Source: an uncultured Candidatus Entotheonella sp. (GTDB lineage Bacteria > Tectomicrobia > Entotheonellia > Entotheonellales > Entotheonellaceae). Taken from it: a DNA stretch of 64,000 nucleotides. The position numbers and the translations under genes were made by a program. Under the pieces are notes generated by a model. It was not told the DNA's origin. It made no database searches and was given only the letters and a program-made list of their open reading frames with translations. The DNA lies in contig CBDCDA010000001.1 of NCBI GenBank assembly GCA_965215335.1, forward strand, positions 1,600,001 through 1,664,000. The letters run 5' to 3'. Shown here one piece after another: positions 41,133 to 49,412 of the stretch (position 1 is its first letter; each line of letters starts with the position of its first letter).

Positions 41133-43415
41133 TCACGTCTCGATGTCGGCCACCTGAAAGACCTGCGCATACAGACGCGCCACACGCTGACGATGAATAG
41201 CGATGTCTGCCGCCAGCCGTGCCGAAGCATCCCCCTCTTTCCAGTAGCCCAGACGGCGCGCCAGGAACAGAAATTCGTCGGACTCGGGCAGCGGCAGCAC
41301 CAGGTCCCGGGCGTGGCCGCGAACGATGCGCTGGGCGTCGATCAGGCGGCGCAGGAAACGATACGCCTCTCCCAATCGCGCCGCCGCGTCGTCGTCGAGC
41401 ACGCCGGCGTCGCGTAATGCCTCGATGGCCCGCAGGGTGCTCGGAATACGCAGCTGCGGCAGAGTGTCGCCGTGACGTAGCTGCAGGTATTGCACGGTGT
41501 ACTCCACGTCCACCAGACCACCCCGGCAATATTTGCTGTCAATCTGCCCGGGCGTCGCCAATTCGGCGATCTGCCGCTCCCGCAGCGCCACCGCGGCCTT
41601 GAGATCGAACGGCGCCGCACTGTACACGCAGCCGTCGCGCCAGGCTTCGACCTGTCGACCCAGGTCGGCGTCGCCCGCCACCCAGCGCAGCTTGATCAGC
41701 GCCTGCCGCTCGAAGTCGGCAGCTTGGCCGTTGGTGCTGTAGTACGCCTTGAAGATCTCCCAACTGGTGGCCAGCGGACCCTGGGCGCCGTGCGGCCGCA
41801 GCCGCAGGTCGATCTCGAAGATGCCTGAATGTCGCGCCACGATCAGGTTCCGCAGGTGCTGCACCAGGAGCGTGGCGTACTCGGTATTGGCCAGACGCAG
41901 CGGCCCGCTGGTGGCGCCGTTGCCGCCGTAAACGCACAGCATTTCGATATCCGAGGCGTAACCCAATTCGCGGCCGCCGAACTTGCCCAGCGCGAACAGG
42001 GCGAACGGGCAAGGGGCGCCGTCGTCCAGCAGCGGCTGGCCATGGCGCTCGCCGATCTCGGCCTGCGCCGTCTCGAGGGCGCCGCCCATGACGACGTCGG
42101 CAAGATCGGTCAACTCGTCGGCAAAGACGCCAAAGGGCAGGTCGGGACGCAGCAGGTGGCGCAGGTCGATGCGAAACATCTCACGGTCCTTGAACGTGTT
42201 GAGGGCGGCCTTGCGCGTCGCCGGCGTGTCTGCCGCCTGCAGCCCTTCACGCAGCCGTTGCCACAGGGTAGTCGCATCCAGGGGATGGTCGGTGGCGTGC
42301 ATTTCTTTGAGAACCGGCAGCAGATTGGCGTGCTGCATGCGCAGAAAATCTTCCCACAGGAAGTCGCTGCTGCCCAGCATGGTGGCCAGCGCCTGCAGGA
42401 TGCGGGCCTCCCGGAGCCAATCGAGATTGACGCCGAGCGAGGTATTGGCGGCCAAGCGGTCCAGAAACTGGTCGAAGTGCTGCAAGGCCATGGCCGGATC
42501 CGGGGCCGCGGTCAGAAAATGCGTGAACTGCTTGATCAACACGACGATGAGGCGCAACTCCTGCTGTCCTTCGTCGGAGGTGATTTTGCCGCCATGACGC
42601 CGGCCGAGGCACAACTCATCCTGCACCTTTCCCTGCACGCTGCGGATGTTGACCCGATACACGTAGAAGTCGCGCATCGCCAGCGCGTTCGACAGGCTGT
42701 ACAGAAAGCCCGGCGTGTCCTCGGCGGTGATGTGCACCACGGTCCAATCGGGCGCCGCCGTGTTGTCGATGCGCACGTCCACGGGGAACAGCCGCCCCGG
42801 AAAACTCCGGCTGGAGTTGCGGACGGCATCGATGAGCCGGTGATTCAGCGTGTCGCGCGCCTGCTGCTGCTTGCCCTGCCGCTGCAATTGGATCAGCGTC
42901 GTCAGGTACGCCGCGAACGCTGCCTGGGCGCTCGCATCGAACGGCCGGTCGGCGTCGTCATCGACGGTGAACAGATCGACGATCAACCCGCCCCGGGTAT
43001 GGCCTCCCCAGGGCGTCAGGCGTTCTGGCCCGCGCTTGTAGCTGAACACCTGGCCCGCGCGGATGTTGAGCCCGCAAGCGGCCATGGTGCCGGTGATGAG
43101 GGCGAACGCGCCCGGCAGGTCGTAGCCGACCAGCAGAATCTCGGCGCTGCCGACGCTGCGCGGCACCACCCGCACCTGCAGCGGGTGGTGGTCGTCGATG
43201 GCCGCCACCAACTGCAAGTGAGCAGCGATCTGCGCGGCGGTGAACAGGGTGAAATAGTCGTCGTCTAGTTGTCCAAAGAAGTCGTCCAGCATGTCGGGCG
43301 CCACCTGCGGGCAGCGGTGCGCCACCTCGACGCGCAACGATTCCCGCCCGGCGGGCCGGCTCGCCGTCCCTCGGCTTTCGACCCTCTTCGGGTGCTCGAC
43401 CTGTGGCGGATTCAT
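41133..43415 (-). CDS. glnE: glutamine synthetase adenylyltransferase, C-terminal half, preceded by two GlnD-like ACT domains
   Basis: ACT-like YDLPGAFALITG and EDTPGFLYSLSNAL; NT motif ALGKFGGRELGYASDIE, IDLRLRPHG and GGLVDVEY; own RBS GAGGAAGAG. Confidence 0.85.
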   Translation of the reverse strand: MNPPQVEHPKRVESRGTASRPAGRESLRVEVAHRCPQVAPDMLDDFFGQLDDDYFTLFTAAQIAAHLQLVAAIDDHHPLQVRVVPRSVGSAEILLVGYDLPGAFALITGTMAACGLNIRAGQVFSYKRGPERLTPWGGHTRGGLIVDLFTVDDDADRPFDASAQAAFAAYLTTLIQLQRQGKQQQARDTLNHRLIDAVRNSSRSFPGRLFPVDVRIDNTAAPDWTVVHITAEDTPGFLYSLSNALAMRDFYVYRVNIRSVQGKVQDELCLGRRHGGKITSDEGQQELRLIVVLIKQFTHFLTAAPDPAMALQHFDQFLDRLAANTSLGVNLDWLREARILQALATMLGSSDFLWEDFLRMQHANLLPVLKEMHATDHPLDATTLWQRLREGLQAADTPATRKAALNTFKDREMFRIDLRHLLRPDLPFGVFADELTDLADVVMGGALETAQAEIGERHGQPLLDDGAPCPFALFALGKFGGRELGYASDIEMLCVYGGNGATSGPLRLANTEYATLLVQHLRNLIVARHSGIFEIDLRLRPHGAQGPLATSWEIFKAYYSTNGQAADFERQALIKLRWVAGDADLGRQVEAWRDGCVYSAAPFDLKAAVALRERQIAELATPGQIDSKYCRGGLVDVEYTVQYLQLRHGDTLPQLRIPSTLRAIEALRDAGVLDDDAAARLGEAYRFLRRLIDAQRIVRGHARDLVLPLPESDEFLFLARRLGYWKEGDASARLAADIAIHRQRVARLYAQVFQVADIET

Positions 43416-43422
43416 CTCTTCC

Positions 43423-44910
43423 TCACTCCATGCGAAACGCCGCGGCGAACAGGGCGTGAACCGCCTTCGTGCGCGCCAGATAGTCCTGGTGAAACGCCTC
43501 CCAGTCGTCGTGCCCGAAATGCCGCGCCAGGCGCCGTCTCGCCTCGTCATTGCGCGGCAGGGTATGCGTCTGCGAGCCCTGCTCCATTTGCAACAGGTGC
43601 TCCAGGCGGCGCAGGTAGCAATAAGTGTCGCGCAGCAGCGCCTCGGACGCTCCCCCCAGCAGGCCGGCGTCGCGCAGCTTGCCGAGGGCGCGCAGCGAGT
43701 TGCGCTCCTGCAGCTCGGGCCGCCGCCCGCCGAACAGAAGTTGAGGCAACTGGATAAGAAACTCGATCTCCCGAATGCCACCAAGGCCGAGCTTGACGTG
43801 CGTGCGCGATTCGTTCTTGTCCGCCATCTGGCTGTCGATCTGCCGCTTCATGGACCGCAGTTGCTCGACCCCCTGTGCGTCCAGGTGACGCTGGTAGATG
43901 AACGGCTGGACCAGGTCCATGAATTCCCGTCCCAGGCCCGCGTCGCCCGCCACCGGGCGCGCCTTGATGAGCGCCATCTTCTCCCACGCTTGCCCGAATC
44001 GCGCGTAATAGGCTTCGTAGGCCAGCAGCGACAACGCCAACTGACCCTGGGTGCCGTCCGGGCGCAGCCGTAAATCGACCCGGAAAATCTGCCCGGCGGC
44101 GCCCTGCTGGCCGCCGATCAGCACCGTCAGGCGGCGTGCCAGGGTCACGAAGTACTCGTGGTTGGAAATCTGCCCGCAACGCTCGCCATTCCGCATGACG
44201 CCGCGCGTCCGGCCCTGATAGGAGGTGTAGACGTACATCAGATCGATGTCGGAGGAGAAGTTCAGCTCGCCGCCACCGAGTTTCCCCATGCCGATGACGC
44301 AGAAGCGGCAAGGCCGTTCGACACCCCTGTCGTCCGTGTAAATCGGCTCGCCGTGCAGCGCCGTCAACCAGCCCTGGCAGGACCGCACACCCGCCTGCAG
44401 CACGCAGTCGGCGAGCGCCGTCAGGCCGGCGGTCGTCTCCTCCACGCCGGCCTGACGATTCAGGTCCCGCGCCCCGATACGCAGCAGGTGCCGCTGCGTA
44501 AAACGCGTCAGAACGGCAACCACCTGCGTTTCGTCTTGCTGCCCTTCCAGCATGGCGCCGAGTTGTGCTTCAAGGCCGTCCGGCGTTGGGGACGGCGCGT
44601 GCAGGGCCTCGTCGCGTAGCCAGAAGGCCAGTTGCGGGTCGCGCCACAGGAGGCCGCTGAGAAAGTGCGAGCTGGCAAAAATGACCGCCATGCCGCGCAA
44701 AAATTCCGGTCGCTCGTGGCACATGTCCCAGAACACGGACGTCTCGCCGAGGCACGCCAGGTAGCGCAACAAATGTGACAGCGCACGTTGCGGATCGACC
44801 GAAGCAAGAAGTGCGGACACGGCGGCGGGAACGAATGCGGATGGGGCGACGCCACACAAGGCGCGACGTAATTCGGCGGCGTGATGGAAGTCGGAACTGC
44901 CGGAGGTCAT
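43423..44910 (-). CDS. glnE: glutamine synthetase adenylyltransferase, N-terminal half
   Basis: GMGKLGGGELNFSSDIDL, RVDLRLRPDG, WEKMALIKARPVAGD, KLGLGGIREIEF and LRRLEHLLQ. Confidence 0.88.
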   Translation of the reverse strand: MTSGSSDFHHAAELRRALCGVAPSAFVPAAVSALLASVDPQRALSHLLRYLACLGETSVFWDMCHERPEFLRGMAVIFASSHFLSGLLWRDPQLAFWLRDEALHAPSPTPDGLEAQLGAMLEGQQDETQVVAVLTRFTQRHLLRIGARDLNRQAGVEETTAGLTALADCVLQAGVRSCQGWLTALHGEPIYTDDRGVERPCRFCVIGMGKLGGGELNFSSDIDLMYVYTSYQGRTRGVMRNGERCGQISNHEYFVTLARRLTVLIGGQQGAAGQIFRVDLRLRPDGTQGQLALSLLAYEAYYARFGQAWEKMALIKARPVAGDAGLGREFMDLVQPFIYQRHLDAQGVEQLRSMKRQIDSQMADKNESRTHVKLGLGGIREIEFLIQLPQLLFGGRRPELQERNSLRALGKLRDAGLLGGASEALLRDTYCYLRRLEHLLQMEQGSQTHTLPRNDEARRRLARHFGHDDWEAFHQDYLARTKAVHALFAAAFRME

Positions 44911-44931
44911 GGCCTTGGTTTTCCCCGCGCC

Positions 44932-45183
44932 TCAGTGGTTACGAAAGCGCCGCACGCGACCCAGCCAGCGCACGTATCGCCGCAGAGTGCGGCGGTGCTG
45001 CGGTTGGCGCAACAAGTCCAGAACAACGCGCCAGGAAACCTCCGCGGCCGGAATGCCGGCGTACGTTTCCACGCGCCAGGCGTAATAGGCCCGGCGCCAT
45101 TTCCAGGGTTTCAGGAAGGGCCTGGGGCGGAAGCGCCAAAGATGCCACATGTCGAGGACCTCAACGCGATAGAGGGTTGTCAC
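44932..45183 (-). CDS. small Trp/Arg-rich hypothetical protein
   Basis: 83-aa ORF filling the gap directly upstream of glnE; YYAWRVETYAG...RRYVRW pattern. Confidence 0.6.
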   Translation of the reverse strand: MTTLYRVEVLDMWHLWRFRPRPFLKPWKWRRAYYAWRVETYAGIPAAEVSWRVVLDLLRQPQHRRTLRRYVRWLGRVRRFRNH

Positions 45184-45287
45184 ACGCCGGTGAATAGTAG
45201 ATAGTGGTCAGCGGTTGGGTAAAATTCCCGGTTTTGCTCGCCACCACCCCTCATTCGCTACCTATTATGCCGCAAAGGACCTGATTC

Positions 45288-46337
45288 ATGGAGGAGGCGA
45301 AGAGCATCCGGCAGATCCTGACCAAGCTGCTGCCCTGGGTTATCACCCTGGCGATCTTTGTCATTATATTCCGGCGCGTTCCCGTACCCGAACTGCTGGA
45401 GGCCCTGCGGCAAGCCCACCTGCTGCCTTACCTGGCCCTGATGGCGCCGTACAGCATGATCTACTGCCTGATTGACACCTTCGTGCTGACGCAGGCCGTC
45501 ACGTGGTTTCACCAGCCGATACGCTACGGCCGCATCCTGCCGGTGCGCGCGGCGGCGTATATTCTGTCGCTGCTCAACCCCGGCCTCGGGCAGGGTGGCA
45601 CGGCGTTCTACATCCACCGCCGCGAAGGGGTGCCGTTTCTCGAAATGGCCGGCACCATCGTGTTCCTGGTGGTCATCGAGTTCGGCCAACTGGCCTTGTA
45701 CGCCGCCATCGGCATCTTCATCATCCAGCCGCAGCTCGCCGCCATTTTCGCGCCGTTCTATGTCGTTTTCGTCGCCGCGTGCGCCCTCGCCCTGACTTAC
45801 GTGCGGCACGGCTTCTCGCCGCTGGTGCGGATGCTGCAGGCGCTGGCCCGGCTGTCGGGCCGCGACAGCAGCTACACGCCGCGGCCCGGCGGGCCGCGCG
45901 TCCGCATTCTGCGCACCCTGCAAACCGCCGGCGTCCGTCACTACCTGCTGACACTGCTCTACAAGGCGCCCAACTTCTTCCTCGCCGTCCTGGTGCATTA
46001 CCTGGCGGTGCAGCAGTTCGGCGTGCAGATACCGTTTCTGGCGCTGCTGGCCTTCCTGCCGGTGGTGTTTCTCGCCGCCTCGCTGCCCATCACGGTGGCG
46101 CATCTCGGCACCTCGCAGGCTGCCTGGCTGTTCTTCTTCTCGGCCTACGGCGCCGAGGCCCGCCTGCTGGCCTACAGCCTGGCCGCGCATTTTACCTTCA
46201 TGATGCTGAACAGCCTGATCGGCCTAGGTTTTCTGCGACAGGCCCTGCGGGTCCCGCCCAAGCCACAACAGGCGCAACCGCTCCAGCCCCGAGACGAAGG
46301 CCACCCCCATCACGGCGGCGAGAGCGGCCTGCCCTAG
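45288..46337 (+). CDS. lysylphosphatidylglycerol synthase TM / UPF0104 flippase-like membrane protein
   Basis: Multiple TM helices; SLPITVAHLGTSQAAW C-terminal motif; AAAGGA RBS. Confidence 0.75.
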   Translation: MEEAKSIRQILTKLLPWVITLAIFVIIFRRVPVPELLEALRQAHLLPYLALMAPYSMIYCLIDTFVLTQAVTWFHQPIRYGRILPVRAAAYILSLLNPGLGQGGTAFYIHRREGVPFLEMAGTIVFLVVIEFGQLALYAAIGIFIIQPQLAAIFAPFYVVFVAACALALTYVRHGFSPLVRMLQALARLSGRDSSYTPRPGGPRVRILRTLQTAGVRHYLLTLLYKAPNFFLAVLVHYLAVQQFGVQIPFLALLAFLPVVFLAASLPITVAHLGTSQAAWLFFFSAYGAEARLLAYSLAAHFTFMMLNSLIGLGFLRQALRVPPKPQQAQPLQPRDEGHPHHGGESGLP

Positions 46338-46823
46338 CGGACGCGGCAGGAACAGCAGGTCCAGCACCCGCTCGCCCATCACCCCGCCGACGGCCGCATA
46401 GTTCAAGATGCCGCCGAGGTGGCCAAGCCGGCTGCCGAGCAGACGGCGTTGCCGTCCAGCCCCGCCGCTACGTTGCCAGGAGTCGAAGGCATACAATCCG
46501 AAGGCCCAGGCAATGGCCGCTGGCAGCCACCAGGTGACCCAACCCCAGGCCGCAAACCAGCCGAGCGCGAACAGGATGAAGAAAATGTCGGCGCCGTGGT
46601 CCAGGAAGCGTCCGAAAAAGCTGCTGCAACGCAAACGGCGGGCCAGCCAGCCATCCAGGACGTCGCTGCCGACGATGATCGCGAACAGCACCCCCGCGCT
46701 CCAGCGCGCTGCCGGAGTACCGACCACCGCCGCGCGGTGGCAGCAGAACACGAACGCCGGGGCGCCCAGCACGCGCGACAGGGTGACCAGATTGGGCCAG
46801 GTTGACAAGGGGAACACCGGCAT
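46224..46823 (-). CDS. CDP-alcohol phosphatidyltransferase family protein
   Basis: PNLVTLSR and SDVLDGWLARR...FGRFLDHGAD signature. Confidence 0.88.
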   Translation of the reverse strand: MPVFPLSTWPNLVTLSRVLGAPAFVFCCHRAAVVGTPAARWSAGVLFAIIVGSDVLDGWLARRLRCSSFFGRFLDHGADIFFILFALGWFAAWGWVTWWLPAAIAWAFGLYAFDSWQRSGGAGRQRRLLGSRLGHLGGILNYAAVGGVMGERVLDLLFLPRPLGQAALAAVMGVAFVSGLERLRLLWLGRDPQGLSQKT

Positions 46824-46948
46824 CCTCGCGGCGCGCGTCAATTTCTTCACGCGGCGCATGTATGATACAATCCACGCCACCCTTCAATCGCCTCGGCGAT
46901 GCAGAACATCTTGATTACGAGCGGCTTGCCGCCAGGAGAGAGACGCTG

Positions 46949-47752
46949 ATGCAAGACCCTGTAGCAGGCTTGGTTTCCTTCGTCATCATGCTCTACATCG
47001 CCCTGCTTTTCGTGCGCCAGTTCGCGGCCGAGAGCGAGCGCCACGACGCCGTGCTGGGCATGATCTTCCGGGCTACCGATCCGGTGGTCGGCCCGGTGCA
47101 AACCGCCCTGCCGTCCGGCAGCACCCATCTCGCCCCCGCGGTCGTGCTGGCGGCCCTGCTCCTGCTGCAGGGGCTCCTCATCGGCTCCATTCCGTACGCG
47201 ATCAAACAGTTCGCCGGCAAACTGCTGCAATTGTACGTCCTCATCATCATTATCATTTCCGCCTTCCGCGAGTATTACACCAACCCCATCGCCAGCTTCT
47301 GCCAGCGAATCGTCGGCCCGGTGCGCGCGCTGGCCGCTGGCGTGTCGCAGCACGTGCCGACGGTGAATCTGCTGTCGGTGGCAGGACTCGTCCTGGCCCA
47401 CAGCATGGTGGTGGTCGTGCTCAACGGCCTCATGGTAGACGGGTTCGACGATTCCGCGCCGTTTCTGGACGCCTTTATCGGCAGCGGACCGGAGCCGGGC
47501 AGCCTGCTGCTGATCCTCAACCTGACGCAGTTCTTCACCTACGCCATCATCGCCAACGCCCTGCTGTCCTGGGTCAGTCCCGACCCGCTCAATCCCATCG
47601 TGCAGCTACTGACGCTCATCGCCCTGCCGATCATGGAGCCGATCCGCCGCGTCATCCCGCCGCTCGGCGGCGCCATCGACATTTCGCCCATCATCGCCAT
47701 CCTCGCGCTACAGTTTTTCTACGGCATCGTCTTCAATCTGCTCACCAACTGA
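46949..47752 (+). CDS. YggT family membrane protein with repeated YggT-like units
   Basis: C-terminal ALLSWVSPDPLNPIVQ..EPIRRVIPPLGGAIDISPII and an N-terminal RATDPVVGP copy. Confidence 0.85.
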   Translation: MQDPVAGLVSFVIMLYIALLFVRQFAAESERHDAVLGMIFRATDPVVGPVQTALPSGSTHLAPAVVLAALLLLQGLLIGSIPYAIKQFAGKLLQLYVLIIIIISAFREYYTNPIASFCQRIVGPVRALAAGVSQHVPTVNLLSVAGLVLAHSMVVVVLNGLMVDGFDDSAPFLDAFIGSGPEPGSLLLILNLTQFFTYAIIANALLSWVSPDPLNPIVQLLTLIALPIMEPIRRVIPPLGGAIDISPIIAILALQFFYGIVFNLLTN

Positions 47753-47770
47753 CGGTTCCCGGTCCTGTGA

Positions 47771-49054
47771 TCAAAGCGGCGTGAAACACTCGGTGCGCAC
47801 CAGGTCCGCGAACGTCTCGCGGCGCGAAATGAGGTAGGGGGCGCCACCGTCCAGCCACACCTGCGGGGCGCGCCCGATCGAGTTGTAGTTGGAACTCATG
47901 GTGTTGCCATAGGCACCGGCGTCGTGGATGAGGACCAGGTCGCCCGCTTGCATCGGCGACAGCGGACGCGGCTGCAGCAGCTCGGCATCGTCGCGCGTGA
48001 ACACGTCGCCCGACTCGCACAACGGGCCGGACAGCACCACCGGCTCCAGCGACGCGCCGTCCGGCGCTTCCCACACGCTGATGCGGTGGAACGAGCCGTA
48101 CATGGCGGGCCTTACCAAGTCGCAGAACCCGGCGTCGACCATGACGAAGGTGTGCCCCGGCCCCTTGGCGTTGGTGCGGGTGCATTTCACGTCCGTCACC
48201 CGCGTCACCAGCGCGGCGACCGGCGCCACGAAGTAACGCCCCGGTTCGATTTCCACCCGGATGTCGCGCCCCGTTTGCTGGCTGAAACGCGCCTGGCATT
48301 CGCGTAGCAGGTGGCCGAACGGCTCGAGGTCGATGGCCGACGCCTCCGGTTCGTAGGGGTATGGCAGGCCGCCGCCGAGGCTGACGGCCTGCGCGTGCGG
48401 ATAGGCGGGCAGGCAGTCGGCGAAGAAATCGACGAGTTGCTGCATGTTGGCCTGGAACTCCTCGGTGGTCGGCCCGGAGCCTACGTGGGCGTGCAGCAGC
48501 GTCACCGTCATGCCCTGCCGCGCGGCGTTCTCCGCCGCCGCCAGCGCCTCGTCCGGCCACATGCCGTGCTTGGAACTGGGACCGCCCGTGTCACAGCCCT
48601 GCACGTGTCCGTGCCCGAAACCCGGGTTGAGACGCAGGGCAATGGGGCCGCGGTAGCCGGTATCGGCGAGTTGCCGCACCATGGCCGGCGAGCCGAGGTT
48701 GGGCAGTACCTTGTGCTGGCTGATAACCTCCAGGGCGTTGTCCCGGAACACGTCGGTGGACAGCATCACCTCCGGCACGTCGACGCCCATGGGATAGCCG
48801 GCAGCCTGCGCCCGCAGGACCTCATTCCCCGATACCGCGTCGATCCATATACCCTGCTCGCGCATGGTGCTCAGCACCCGCACCGACGAGCACGCCTTCA
48901 TGGCGTAGCGCGCCTGCAGGCCCGGTCCGTCCGTCAAGTCACGAATGGCAGCGATCCGGGCGCGCAGTAGCTGCGCATCGTAAAGGTAAAACGGGGTTCC
49001 GACACGCGCCGCCAACCTGCGCAGATCGACCCCCTGCCAGGCCGCTGTGGCCAT
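47771..49054 (-). CDS. lysA: diaminopimelate decarboxylase
   Basis: GTPFYLYD, YAMKAC, SKHG, HAHVGSG, EPGRY, GPLCESGD and GAYG..MSSNYN. Confidence 0.95.
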   Translation of the reverse strand: MATAAWQGVDLRRLAARVGTPFYLYDAQLLRARIAAIRDLTDGPGLQARYAMKACSSVRVLSTMREQGIWIDAVSGNEVLRAQAAGYPMGVDVPEVMLSTDVFRDNALEVISQHKVLPNLGSPAMVRQLADTGYRGPIALRLNPGFGHGHVQGCDTGGPSSKHGMWPDEALAAAENAARQGMTVTLLHAHVGSGPTTEEFQANMQQLVDFFADCLPAYPHAQAVSLGGGLPYPYEPEASAIDLEPFGHLLRECQARFSQQTGRDIRVEIEPGRYFVAPVAALVTRVTDVKCTRTNAKGPGHTFVMVDAGFCDLVRPAMYGSFHRISVWEAPDGASLEPVVLSGPLCESGDVFTRDDAELLQPRPLSPMQAGDLVLIHDAGAYGNTMSSNYNSIGRAPQVWLDGGAPYLISRRETFADLVRTECFTPL

Positions 49055-49143
49055 GTCGTCTCCTTTGTCGTGTGTCATGGGTGAGGCTGTCGAATCCGGC
49101 CGAAATGCCAGCGCGCATGCGCCGCGGCTTTCAGGGCCACGCG

Positions 49144-49199
49144 GGGGCCATGATACGCCGCTGCCCGGCGAGGGGCCATGATACGCCGCTGCCCGGCGA
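49144..49199. repeat. exact 28-bp tandem duplication upstream of lysA
   Basis: GGGGCCATGATACGCCGCTGCCCGGCGA at 49144-49171 and 49172-49199. Confidence 0.9.
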
Positions 49200-49341
49200 T
49201 TGGAAAGGGGGCAAAGAGCTTGAGGAAGGTGCGGACAGGCCGGTTTGTCCGTCAGGGGGCCGCGTCAGTCCCGAAAGCAGGCGCGACGACGGCAGGTGTT
49301 GACGGCATCGCGCGTACGGTCCCCGAGACAGTGTTTTCAAG

Positions 49342-49377
49342 CCTCCCCAGTCTCCGGAATCCTCGAAACCAGGGAGG
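49342..49377 (-). terminator. hairpin downstream of the lipoprotein gene
   Basis: cctccccagtctc...gaaaccagggagg imperfect stem about 35 bp after the stop; no clear U-tract. Confidence 0.35.
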
Positions 49378-49412
49378 TTGTCAGGCGCAGAGCTCGGCAC
49401 GGGCCCCGATGG

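Noticed and set aside
43416..43784. N-terminal extension of the second glnE ORF implying programmed frameshift fusion
   Set aside because: The extension is an off-frame read of the first glnE gene; I saw no slippery site, and the second gene has its own RBS and ATG.
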